Shown here piece after piece: positions 20,352 through 28,614 of a stretch of 55,404 nucleotides of DNA (positions are counted from its first letter, which is position 1; each line of letters begins with the position of its first letter). Made by a program: the position numbers and the translations under genes. This DNA is from Minisyncoccota bacterium (GTDB lineage: Bacteria > Patescibacteriota > Minisyncoccia > Phycocordibacterales > Phycocordibacteraceae), in the NCBI GenBank assembly GCA_035533615.1, contig DATLTM010000023.1, forward strand, positions 1 to 55,404, read 5' to 3'. The notes below the pieces were generated by a model. That model was not told the origin of the DNA. It did not search any database and saw only the letters and a program-made list of their open reading frames with translations.

Positions 20352-20422
20352 AGCGGGGTAGAGGAGAGGTACCTCGGGAGGCTCATAACCTCCAGACGCC
20401 GGTTCGATTCCGGCCCCCGCAA
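20352..20422 (+). tRNA. tRNA-Met (CAU) with initiator-like features (1:72 mismatch, A11:U24)
   Basis: Hand fold: AGCGGGG TA GAGG AGAGGTA CCTC G GGAGG CTCATAA CCTCC AGAC GCCGG TTCGATT CCGGC CCCCGCA A. CCA is not encoded. Confidence 0.8.
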
Positions 20423-20463
20423 CAAGTAAGACAGGTTTTACACCAAAACGGAATCAAGGTAGC

Positions 20464-20922
20464 ATGAGCTACAAGAAATTTCCTATGGAAAAGAACAAGG
20501 TGTCCTACATCGGCGTTAAAGGTCTCATCGTGAACAATGACGGCAAAGTGCTCATTACTCAAGAGCCGACCCATTTCGTTGGCGGTGGTAAATGGGAACT
20601 GCCAGGAGGGAAGATAGCAAACGGAGAGGAAGAGATACCACTTGAAGAAATCTTACTTCGCGAGATACGAGAAGAATTGGGTGAAGCATTTAAAGTCGAC
20701 GTGAATCACGTTGTAGATATCATGCGTCGTCCCTGGAATAAACCAGGAGCATCAGCAGACCAAGTGATGCTCGCTGTCTATGAATGTCTCTACCGAGGTG
20801 GAGATATTCAATTGAGTGATGAGAATATAAATTTCGCCTGGGTTATTGCCCAAGAGTTACATCAATATGAGTTCATCTCTGGTTACCTTCCCGTACTGGA
20901 GAGATACTTTCGAAAAGATTAG
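20464..20922 (+). CDS. NUDIX hydrolase
   Basis: Nudix box GGKIANGEEEIPLEEILLREIREELGE. Confidence 0.85.
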   Translation: MSYKKFPMEKNKVSYIGVKGLIVNNDGKVLITQEPTHFVGGGKWELPGGKIANGEEEIPLEEILLREIREELGEAFKVDVNHVVDIMRRPWNKPGASADQVMLAVYECLYRGGDIQLSDENINFAWVIAQELHQYEFISGYLPVLERYFRKD

Positions 20923-21258
20923 GCATCCAATTCGACATAACTCCGCAAATCCCCGCTCAGCCACACGGTAATCTGATGCCAATCCCGTCCTACGAGTGCA
21001 ACAGACTAGTGCGACCCATTGTAGAGACCGACACGCGTCAAAATTGGTTCAAGACCGACACGGGTGTCCAGCTATAAAAGCGCATAGTTGCGTGGGGCCA
21101 CACAGCATATACAACATATATATCCAGTACGATTCCGCTACTCACATACTCGGGCACTTTCGTGTTCTAATCACATCAAAATCGAGTCAATTTGAAAGCA
21201 TGGGTAACGGAATCGCACTGAAGTAAAATAAGCATTTCTGCTACACTTAAGGCACCAT

Positions 21259-22407
21259 ATGCGAAGAAACCTTCTTGTATTATCAGGTCTGCTGATTGTG
21301 TCTCTCGCTTTTTTCGTACCTGTGCATCCCGTTTCTGCCCAAACTCAGGATCAAGAAGTGAGCTACATTGAACGTGCGAAAGTGCTCCAAGTCCTCACAC
21401 AGACTATTCAGGACGTGCCAGGCACGCAAACAAGCGAGACGGTACAGACGCTCCAGGCACAGATTCTCGAAGGTCCCGATAAAGGCAAGACAGTTGCGGT
21501 CAATAATGACTATTTAAATCTAAAGCCAGGCGATGAATTCTATGCGAATCATACTGTTGGCGGACAGGATGCTGTAGACGATACGTGGAATGTACAGGAA
21601 CCGTACCGCATCCCGATTTTGGAGATATTAGGTGTGCTTTTCGTTCTTACGATTGTCGTCTTCGGTGGTAAGCAGGGGGTTCGCGGGCTCGTCTCGCTCA
21701 TCGTGAGTCTTGCAGCTATTTTCTATATCCTTCTTCCTGGTATTCTTGCTGGCTATTCGCCAGTGCTTCTTTCAATAGGCATATCTTCATTCATCATCAT
21801 TATTGGCTCATACATAACGCATGGGTTCAATCGGACAACGACTGCAGCCGTACTTGGCATGATTGCAACGATCTGCGTCACGGGTGCGCTCGCATATTGG
21901 TCAGTTCATGCGGCGATGCTCTCCGGCTACAGTTCGGATGAAGTCACGTATCTTCACTTCACGACAAACGGTACGATTGATTTCGTCGGCCTCCTTCTCG
22001 GTGGCATCATGATTGGCTTACTCGGTATCCTCTATGATGCTGCCATCGGTCAAGCAATCGCTGTCGAGGAGTTGAAACGCGCGGCGGCACACTATTCGCA
22101 CTGGGAGTTATATCGTCGAGCGTTGCGCATCGGTCGTGAACATATTGGTGCGCTTATTAACACACTCGCTATCGCGTATGTTGGCGTTTCGTTGCCGCTC
22201 CTACTTCTCCTGCATTTCACCAATATGTCCATTGAAGCTACTATCAATCAGGAAATATTTGCTACCGAAATCATCCGCACGATGGTCGGCAGCATTGGGC
22301 TTATTCTTGCCGTGCCACTCACGACACTCATTTCCGTATGGATGCTTCGCAAAGGAAAACCCTCTGACGCGAAGTCAGAGGGCCACGGTCATTCCCATTC
22401 GCACTAA
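21259..22407 (+). CDS. YibE/F-family membrane protein with a His-rich C-terminal tail
   Basis: Signal/TM helix, an extracytoplasmic ~100-aa domain, then 5-6 TM helices. The tail is SEGHGHSHSH. The family assignment is from recollection of YibE/F architecture. Confidence 0.7.
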   Translation: MRRNLLVLSGLLIVSLAFFVPVHPVSAQTQDQEVSYIERAKVLQVLTQTIQDVPGTQTSETVQTLQAQILEGPDKGKTVAVNNDYLNLKPGDEFYANHTVGGQDAVDDTWNVQEPYRIPILEILGVLFVLTIVVFGGKQGVRGLVSLIVSLAAIFYILLPGILAGYSPVLLSIGISSFIIIIGSYITHGFNRTTTAAVLGMIATICVTGALAYWSVHAAMLSGYSSDEVTYLHFTTNGTIDFVGLLLGGIMIGLLGILYDAAIGQAIAVEELKRAAAHYSHWELYRRALRIGREHIGALINTLAIAYVGVSLPLLLLLHFTNMSIEATINQEIFATEIIRTMVGSIGLILAVPLTTLISVWMLRKGKPSDAKSEGHGHSHSH

Positions 22408-22413
22408 GCTCGA

Positions 22414-23130
22414 CTACATACTCGCCAATCGTATAATCACATACAACGTACCGATGCCGACGACGGTCATGATAGTAGTCCAATGCCTCGGGTGAGAGTG
22501 ATAGCTTTCCGGTATCAAATCGCTCGCACCGATGTAGAGGAAGAAGCCAGAGAAGAGCGCAAGCAACAGCCCGAGCTTGTCTTCCGGTAACACAAATAGA
22601 AGTGTTGAGAGCACGCCTAGAACTGGCGCGATAGCATCAACGAGCAACCACCGAAATGCTTTCGATCTCTCACCTCCGTTCTTAAGAATAAGATTGACGG
22701 TGTTGATGCCATCGGAGAAGTCATGAGTGAGCACTGCAGCCGCAACGACTGCTCCCACGATAGGCGAGACATGAAACGCTAATCCTATACCCACGCCGTC
22801 GAGAAAGCTGTGGAACGACAAACTGCCTGCGCCAGCATTCCCGCGCCGTTCGCCACCGCCTTCATTGTCTGTATGGCCGTGCAGGAGAACCATTCGGTCG
22901 AGAATAAGATAGGTCGTAAATCCGATAACGACCACAGTGAGAACAGTGGAGGCAGAATAGACCTTGCTCGCCAAGTCGAGCGCCTCCGGCAAAAGATCGA
23001 AGAATGCTACACCTATGATTGCTCCAGCACTGAATCCGAGAATCAGATGCAGCTTATCTTTTAGACGAAGTGCAAAGAGACCGCCGAAAAGAGTCGAAAA
23101 GAATGTCGCGATTGTTATGAGGATGACCAT
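22414..23130 (-). CDS. ZIP-family divalent metal transporter (ZupT-like)
   Basis: Contains HSFLDGVGIGLAF and HDFSDGINT motifs, a His-rich loop HGHTDNEGGG and 8 TM segments. Confidence 0.85.
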   Translation of the reverse strand: MVILITIATFFSTLFGGLFALRLKDKLHLILGFSAGAIIGVAFFDLLPEALDLASKVYSASTVLTVVVIGFTTYLILDRMVLLHGHTDNEGGGERRGNAGAGSLSFHSFLDGVGIGLAFHVSPIVGAVVAAAVLTHDFSDGINTVNLILKNGGERSKAFRWLLVDAIAPVLGVLSTLLFVLPEDKLGLLLALFSGFFLYIGASDLIPESYHSHPRHWTTIMTVVGIGTLYVIIRLASM

Positions 23131-23145
23131 AGTGATGTAATTAAT

Positions 23146-23577
23146 TTATACTGCGCATGTTTTGCAGGTTCCAAAGAACTCAAGCGAGTGTTCGCCGAGC
23201 GATGCGAACCTCGTGCTGCTTTTGAGCGCCAGCTTTTCCATATTCTTCTCAGGGCATCCTATAAAGTCTTCGATCGTACCGCATGAGGTGCATACGAGGT
23301 GGTGGTGATGTTCGCCCGACATGACGAGTTCGTAGTCGGTGTGGCCGTGTTGCAGGTCGACTCGCCGCACGATGCCTGTGCTAACAAGAGCGTCGAGCGC
23401 TCGGTATAGAGTTACCGTATCGATATCACCATGCTTCCACTTCGCTTTGATCTCATGAGCGCTCATCGGTTCCTTGAGCTGTGCGAGCAGGGAAATAAGT
23501 CCAAGCCGCTTGGGTGTCACTTTGAGTCCTTGTTTACGGAGCATCTCCGAGTTCTTTTCCGCATGTGTTTTCGACAT
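23146..23577 (-). CDS. Fur-family metalloregulator (Zur-like)
   Basis: Winged-helix N-terminus (VTPKRLGLISLL...) and metal sites HHHHLVCTSCG...CKTCA. It lies upstream of, and is co-oriented with, the ZIP gene. Confidence 0.85.
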   Translation of the reverse strand: MSKTHAEKNSEMLRKQGLKVTPKRLGLISLLAQLKEPMSAHEIKAKWKHGDIDTVTLYRALDALVSTGIVRRVDLQHGHTDYELVMSGEHHHHLVCTSCGTIEDFIGCPEKNMEKLALKSSTRFASLGEHSLEFFGTCKTCAV

Positions 23578-23583
23578 TCTGAT

Positions 23584-23589
23584 ATTATA
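23584..23589 (-). promoter_or_regulatory. putative -10 hexamer TATAAT (minus strand), 6 nt before the fur-family ATG
   Basis: The minus strand reads TTTATAATATCAGAATG. Confidence 0.4.
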
Positions 23590-23592
23590 AAC

Positions 23593-23605
23593 GCAATAGT
23601 ATTGC
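23593..23605. promoter_or_regulatory. perfect 6-1-6 palindrome GCAATA-G-TATTGC immediately upstream of the -10 box; candidate Fur/Zur operator
   Basis: Read directly. It lies in the spacer of the putative promoter of the fur-ZIP operon. Confidence 0.45.
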
Positions 23606-23714
23606 ATCTGCAACTAGAGGGTCTTTTGAAGGTGTATAACGGGCCATTTTGAGGGCTATCCTCGGGTATTGAATTAAACTCGAGCGAGTATCTATGCGAC
23701 GAAAATGGAATAGT

Positions 23715-23790
23715 GCCAGTATGGCCCCCGCAACACGGTTGTGACGCCAGGAACCAGTACCGTTCCCCGTCAAAGTCGGTACTGTACCGG
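23715..23790 (+). promoter_or_regulatory. conserved intergenic element, copy A (candidate cis-regulatory RNA or operator array)
   Basis: Contains CAACACGGTTGTGA (23731..23744), GACGCCAG, AGTACCG...CGGTACT and GTCAAAGTC, all shared with copies B and C. Confidence 0.6.
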
Positions 23791-23856
23791 CGCCTCTGTT
23801 CAGCTAGAAAAGCAATGAGCCTGCATGCATAATTGTATACGAGCTAGACATTTTCA

Positions 23857-23862
23857 TATACT
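23857..23862 (+). promoter_or_regulatory. putative -10 hexamer TATACT, 8 nt before ATG 23871
   Basis: Read directly. Confidence 0.35.
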
Positions 23863-23870
23863 ATTCCTCT

Positions 23871-24866
23871 ATGAGGAAAGCTGGCGTATCATTCCTTATC
23901 GTTTTGTTACTGCTTATTCCGTCAATTTCGTTTGCTGCAGGACTTACTTCTCTACAGGCTACCGCCATTCTCGGTCTTTTAGAGGCTTTCGGTGCGGATA
24001 GCACAGTGATCGCTCAGGTATCGGCCGCACTCGGCGTTAAGCCGGCTAATTCGTCCACTATTTCAACTACCTCTTCTAGCCAATCGAAAGTCACGCCTAC
24101 GGCGCGTCTCTCGGTCATTGGCAGTCCCTTTCCCTCAAGCGGCATCGGCTACGATATCTCCTATAACACGAATGCATTTCCGCAGATGCCATTTGGTTTC
24201 GTAGTCATTGGCGCGACTGCGGGGAAAGCATTCTCCTATAATTCGCACATGCCGTACGAGTTCTCTCTTGGGAAGACTGGTTCCGCAGTTGCTCCAGGCA
24301 TTTATATGAACCTCAATGGGCCCTACGGCTCAAGTGCCGCGACTTCTACGATGAGCACTCCTAAGCAGTGCGCTCTGCTCTTTGGAGCGCCGATGACGTC
24401 AGATTCTACCGGCGGTACCTATCCCGAACCAACGCTTTGTGCAGGCTATAACTACGGGTTTAATGCGGCAAAAAGCGCTTTTGCTTACACTTCGAGTCTC
24501 TCCTATGTTTCTTCGACCCTTTGGTGGCTCGATATCGAGGAGATCAACAGCTGGTCGCCTAATACTGCGGTCAATGATGCTGTAATCCAGGGTGCACTTG
24601 ATTACCTGAACGCGCAAGGAATCCGCGTAGGTATTTACTCGGTGCCTTTTATGTGGAACGACATCGCTGGGGTAGGATTTACGCCGATCGAGTCGTTATA
24701 TGGCGTTGCGACCTCAGTGCCAACGTGGTTTCCAATTGGAACCTCGACGCAAGTCGGCGCTCTCAATTCCTGTCTTGATCATACCTCGTTTATCCCGGGC
24801 AGTCCTGTCTGGGTGATCCAATACGAGCTCGACACTACGTCGGCCGATCAAAATATCGCGTGCTAA
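23871..24866 (+). CDS. secreted protein; the C-terminal domain vaguely resembles glycoside-hydrolase-like TIM barrels (GH25/DUF1906 type)
   Basis: Signal peptide MRKAGVSFLIVLLLLIPSISFAAG, an S/T-rich linker and WWLDIEE...GIRVGIYS motifs. The function call is weak. Confidence 0.55.
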   Translation: MRKAGVSFLIVLLLLIPSISFAAGLTSLQATAILGLLEAFGADSTVIAQVSAALGVKPANSSTISTTSSSQSKVTPTARLSVIGSPFPSSGIGYDISYNTNAFPQMPFGFVVIGATAGKAFSYNSHMPYEFSLGKTGSAVAPGIYMNLNGPYGSSAATSTMSTPKQCALLFGAPMTSDSTGGTYPEPTLCAGYNYGFNAAKSAFAYTSSLSYVSSTLWWLDIEEINSWSPNTAVNDAVIQGALDYLNAQGIRVGIYSVPFMWNDIAGVGFTPIESLYGVATSVPTWFPIGTSTQVGALNSCLDHTSFIPGSPVWVIQYELDTTSADQNIAC

Positions 24867-25014
24867 CCAGATCCGTATCTGCTCAAACATAGTATGTGTG
24901 GAGTATCTATATGAATCAAAAAAGCATCACATCGCTACTTAGATAGCTTGATACCGGTCTCCCTGAGGCTTAGATACGTGAAATAGGCTTTCTCATATGA
25001 TTTGTATATATGGG

Positions 25015-25020
25015 TATAAT
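25015..25020 (+). promoter_or_regulatory. putative -10 hexamer TATAAT, 6 nt before ATG 25027
   Basis: Read directly: TGGGTATAATGAAGTCATG. Confidence 0.4.
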
Positions 25021-25026
25021 GAAGTC

Positions 25027-27573
25027 ATGTCATCATCAGCGAATACAAATAAGAATCTAGCTCTCCAGTTAAACCAATCCGAACTTATTGCCCATCTTCA
25101 AACCTCCCATGAGGGACTAAGTCAGAAAGAGGCAGAAAAACGTCTTCTTGAACATGGTTCGAATGTGATTGGCAAGAAGACCGCGAATGCTTTAGGTGTG
25201 CTAGGTCGGCAGCTAAAAAGCTCGCTTGTGTATTTGCTCGTGATAGCGAGTCTTATTTCATACGGTATTAGAGATTACACCGACGGCACCGTCATTTTGG
25301 TAATCCTCCTCATCAATACATTTCTTGGCTTTTACCAGGAATATAAATCGGAAAAGATAATCGAGAAGCTGTCACAGCTCATCACCAAGCAAGTTCGGCT
25401 GAAGCGTGATGGTAAATCGGTACTTCTTGATGAATCTCAGATCGTCCCAGGCGATGTGCTCACGGTACGCGAAGGAGATATCGTTCCGGCTGATATGCGG
25501 CTTCTTGAAGTCGACTATTTGCAGGTTAATGAATCGCAGTTGACTGGCGAATCAGTTCCTATTATCAAGCGGGTCTCAACCGCATCAAATGCGACACCGG
25601 AAACGCTTCTTTACACCGGTAGCAGCCTTGAAAAGGGTGTCGGTACTGGCGTAGTGTACGCGACGGGAAGAGATACAGGATTGGGAACGATTGCGAAATT
25701 ATCTACCGAGACGAAAAAGCAAACTCAATACGAGAAGTCGGTGCAAGCATTTAGTGTTCTCTTGATGAGAGTTGTGCTGATTGTAGTAGTACTCGTATTT
25801 ATTACTAAACTGCTTCTCAATTCCGGATCGAACATTACCGAGCTGCTCCTGTTCGTCATCGCACTCGCGGTCTCAACCGTGCCGGAAGTGCTACCAGTTA
25901 TTACGACGGTCACGCTTTCAAGTGGTGCGATGAAACTTGTGAAAAGACACGTGGTCGTGAGGCGGCTATCTTCTTTGGAAGATCTCGGCAACGTTAGTTT
26001 GCTGTGCACCGATAAGACGGGGACTCTTACCGAGAATAAGATGGTTATACATTCGATCGCTTCGGACGATGATGACTTATTCCAGAAGCTGATGTACGCG
26101 ACTATAACACCTCTCAAGGGTAGAAAGCGTAGATCACAAAATTCGTATGACGATGCTTTTTTGAATTACATCCCAGAACATGTTCAGCGTGAGGCGAGAG
26201 GATTTTCCATAATCAAAGAGATACCATTCGACCCCGATGCTCGAAGAAACAGGATTATTCTCGAGGACGCGAAGCATCATATGCAGTATCTGGTTGTCGT
26301 GGGAGCTCCGGAAATATTGATGGGTATTTCCATTTCGGGAAAGAAGTTAGCATACTCTTATACCCTTATTGAAGAAGGAAAATCCGGTCTACACCACCTT
26401 GCTTTGGCATACAAGGAAATCACTTATAGAGATGATCTTGACATCTTGAAACATGAACACGGATTGCATTTCTTAGGCTATGCTAGCCTTGAAGACCCGC
26501 TTAGACCGAGTACTAAGATAACTGTTCAACATGCCGAAAAACTCGGTATCAAGATCAAGGTGCTTACGGGTGACAGTAGAGAAGTGGCTGGATATGTTGG
26601 CAAGCAGATCGGACTGGTGCAAGAGAATGAACGAGTGTACATCGGAGACGAATTAGAAGCTATGTCTCCCGAGGAATTCAGTACAGTGGTACTCAGATCG
26701 AATGTCTTTGCGCGTGTTTCTCCCACACAGAAATTCAACATCATCGCTGCACTTAAGAAGGAGTACGTGGTCGCGTATCAGGGTGATGGCATCAATGATG
26801 CCCCCGCATTGAAGCTTGCGGATGTCGCCATCGCTGTTAATACGGCCACCGATATCGCGAAAGAGAGTGCTGATATTGTGCTTTTGAATAAGAGTCTTGA
26901 AGTAATCGTGAACGGCATAAAATACGGTCGGTCAGTTTTCGTGAACATCAATAAGTACATCAAGTACACGATGCTCAATAATTTTGGCATGCTCATCTCG
27001 TTGTCGGTGCTCTATCTATCCTCCGCTGCACTACCGCTTCTTCCCGTTCAAGTACTCCTTAACAATCTCATTGGTGATGTTCCGCTCATCACCGTCTCCT
27101 CAGATACGGTGGATGACGAAGAAGTCGTGCGGCCGGAAAGGCAAAACTCAAAGGAGCTCATGTTCTTAGCACTTGCATTGGGTATACCGACGGCGCTGTT
27201 CGAACTTCTATATTTCTTAGTCATTCATACGCAACCAGAAAAGATTATACAGACAAGTCTTTATGCGTTCTTTACTCTCCAAGCCCTTATCATTTTCTAT
27301 GCGGTACGAAATAAAGATCACTTCTGGAAAGCACAGATGCCTTCTGGGATTTTGAATATTTCTTTTCTCCTGGCGTTTGTATTTTCATTGACAATCATCT
27401 ATCTACCGACATTTCAGACCTGGTTTTCTTTTGTGCCACTTTCCACGATGTCGATTGCGATTATGGTTATCTTCACAATCATTTATTTCCTCGCTACCGA
27501 TTTTGTGAAAGTCTTGTATTACCGAAGAAGTATGCGAAATGGTTCGCAGGCGATTGATACGGCGGTCGCATAA
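25027..27573 (+). CDS. cation-transporting P-type ATPase (type II/III, Mg/Ca-like)
   Basis: Contains TGES, phosphorylation motif CTDKTGTLTENKM, TGDS and GDGINDAPALKLADVAIAV, with 10 TM segments. Confidence 0.9.
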   Translation: MSSSANTNKNLALQLNQSELIAHLQTSHEGLSQKEAEKRLLEHGSNVIGKKTANALGVLGRQLKSSLVYLLVIASLISYGIRDYTDGTVILVILLINTFLGFYQEYKSEKIIEKLSQLITKQVRLKRDGKSVLLDESQIVPGDVLTVREGDIVPADMRLLEVDYLQVNESQLTGESVPIIKRVSTASNATPETLLYTGSSLEKGVGTGVVYATGRDTGLGTIAKLSTETKKQTQYEKSVQAFSVLLMRVVLIVVVLVFITKLLLNSGSNITELLLFVIALAVSTVPEVLPVITTVTLSSGAMKLVKRHVVVRRLSSLEDLGNVSLLCTDKTGTLTENKMVIHSIASDDDDLFQKLMYATITPLKGRKRRSQNSYDDAFLNYIPEHVQREARGFSIIKEIPFDPDARRNRIILEDAKHHMQYLVVVGAPEILMGISISGKKLAYSYTLIEEGKSGLHHLALAYKEITYRDDLDILKHEHGLHFLGYASLEDPLRPSTKITVQHAEKLGIKIKVLTGDSREVAGYVGKQIGLVQENERVYIGDELEAMSPEEFSTVVLRSNVFARVSPTQKFNIIAALKKEYVVAYQGDGINDAPALKLADVAIAVNTATDIAKESADIVLLNKSLEVIVNGIKYGRSVFVNINKYIKYTMLNNFGMLISLSVLYLSSAALPLLPVQVLLNNLIGDVPLITVSSDTVDDEEVVRPERQNSKELMFLALALGIPTALFELLYFLVIHTQPEKIIQTSLYAFFTLQALIIFYAVRNKDHFWKAQMPSGILNISFLLAFVFSLTIIYLPTFQTWFSFVPLSTMSIAIMVIFTIIYFLATDFVKVLYYRRSMRNGSQAIDTAVA

Positions 27574-27600
27574 TCCTTTTATGAGCATCTAGGCCATAGA

Positions 27601-27703
27601 AAGCCCAGTTCGATTATGGACTCGGCAACACGGTTGTGAGCTTGTATCAAGTACCGGCCCCCGTCAGAATTCTCTGAAATCGGGTACAGTACCGACAGAC
27701 ATG
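27601..27703 (+). promoter_or_regulatory. conserved intergenic element, copy B
   Basis: Contains CAACACGGTTGTGA (27626..27639), AGTACCGG...CGGGTAC, an extra hairpin TCAGA-ATTC-TCTGA, and the tail ACAGACAT shared with copy C. Confidence 0.6.
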
Positions 27704-27721
27704 AAGCTCCGAAAAGAAGAC

Positions 27722-27752
27722 AAAAGCCGCGACGTATGTCGCGGCTTTTGTT
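27722..27752 (+). terminator. strong intrinsic-terminator-like hairpin AAAAGCCGCGAC-GTAT-GTCGCGGCTTTT followed by GTT
   Basis: 12-bp perfect stem, GC-rich core and flanking A/T tracts, so it could act in both directions. It lies between copy B and the isochorismatase-family gene. Confidence 0.7.
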
Positions 27753-27791
27753 ATGAATGATCTTCCACTGAAGGTGGTAATATAAGAACAT

Positions 27792-28364
27792 ATGAACGAT
27801 GTATCCATTGATGTATCAAAAACAGCACTCGTAGTCATCGATCTGCAGAAAGGTATCGTGGGACGACACGTGGCCCCCTATACATCCGAAATCATTATAA
27901 AAAATGCTGCAACACTTGCCGATGTGTTCAGAAAGAAAGGAATGCCAGTATTTCTCGTGCGGGTCACACCGTCTCCAGACGGCAAGGATGCATTACATCC
28001 AATCGCTGATATGGCATTGCAGATGCAAACACCGCCATCAGATTGGGCGGATATTGTTCACGAATTGGGGCCGAAACCAGGCGATTTTATTATCACGAAG
28101 CATCAATGGGGTGCTTTTTATGGTACCGAGCTCGATCTGGAATTCAGACGGCGAGGTATTGTGACTATGGTGCTTTGCGGCATCTCGACGAATATCGGAG
28201 TCGAGAGCACTGCGCGATTCGCATATGAATATGGCTATCAACAAATCTTTGCGGAGGATGCAATGTCTGCTCTATCTGCCGAAGAACATGTCTTCACCAC
28301 CACTAAAATATTCCCACGCATCGGTCTTGTGAGGAAGACTGAAGAAATAATAGCTGCTTTATAA
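27792..28364 (+). CDS. isochorismatase-family cysteine hydrolase
   Basis: Contains TALVVIDLQKGIV and catalytic-Cys context VLCGISTNIGVESTAR. Confidence 0.85.
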   Translation: MNDVSIDVSKTALVVIDLQKGIVGRHVAPYTSEIIIKNAATLADVFRKKGMPVFLVRVTPSPDGKDALHPIADMALQMQTPPSDWADIVHELGPKPGDFIITKHQWGAFYGTELDLEFRRRGIVTMVLCGISTNIGVESTARFAYEYGYQQIFAEDAMSALSAEEHVFTTTKIFPRIGLVRKTEEIIAAL

Positions 28365-28427
28365 ATCGTTTTAACCAAAGAAGAAATGGGCGTCGGAATG
28401 GAACAAAAAGTCTGAGTATTTAAGGCG

Positions 28428-28523
28428 TGGGAAGTCCGGTTCAATTAGGGTTCCACAACATGGTTGTGACGCCAGAAATAAGTACAGTTTCTCATCAAAG
28501 TCAGTGCAGCTACTGTCAGACAT
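28428..28523 (+). promoter_or_regulatory. conserved intergenic element, copy C
   Basis: Contains CAACATGGTTGTGACGCCAG (28456..), AGTACAG, ATCAAAGTC, ACTGT and the tail TCAGACAT. Confidence 0.6.
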
Positions 28524-28614
28524 CCATCCCGGCTTAACCTAGCAATAACCAGAGATGCTTGCAGTTTTATTGTCGTATGATATGCTTAGAAAGCCTAAGT
28601 AATAATGATTTCTC

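Noticed and set aside
20996-21226. 76-aa ORF in the NUDIX-YibE/F intergenic region
   Set aside because: It has no SD or leaderless promoter context and odd composition. It lies in a 336-nt intergenic region that more likely holds regulatory DNA, such as the GACACGGGTGTC dyad and the AGACCGACACG direct repeat. The evidence is too weak to call.
23731-23744. Assigning the repeated element to a known riboswitch class (guanidine-I ykkC, guanidine-II mini-ykkC, NAD+ nadA motif)
   Set aside because: - Copy C has TAGGGTTCC and the box contains ACGG. However, the other conserved ykkC segments are absent.
- The ACGR would sit in a 3-nt loop rather than a tetraloop.
- The ACANCCCC bulge arrangement of the nadA motif is not reproduced in all copies.
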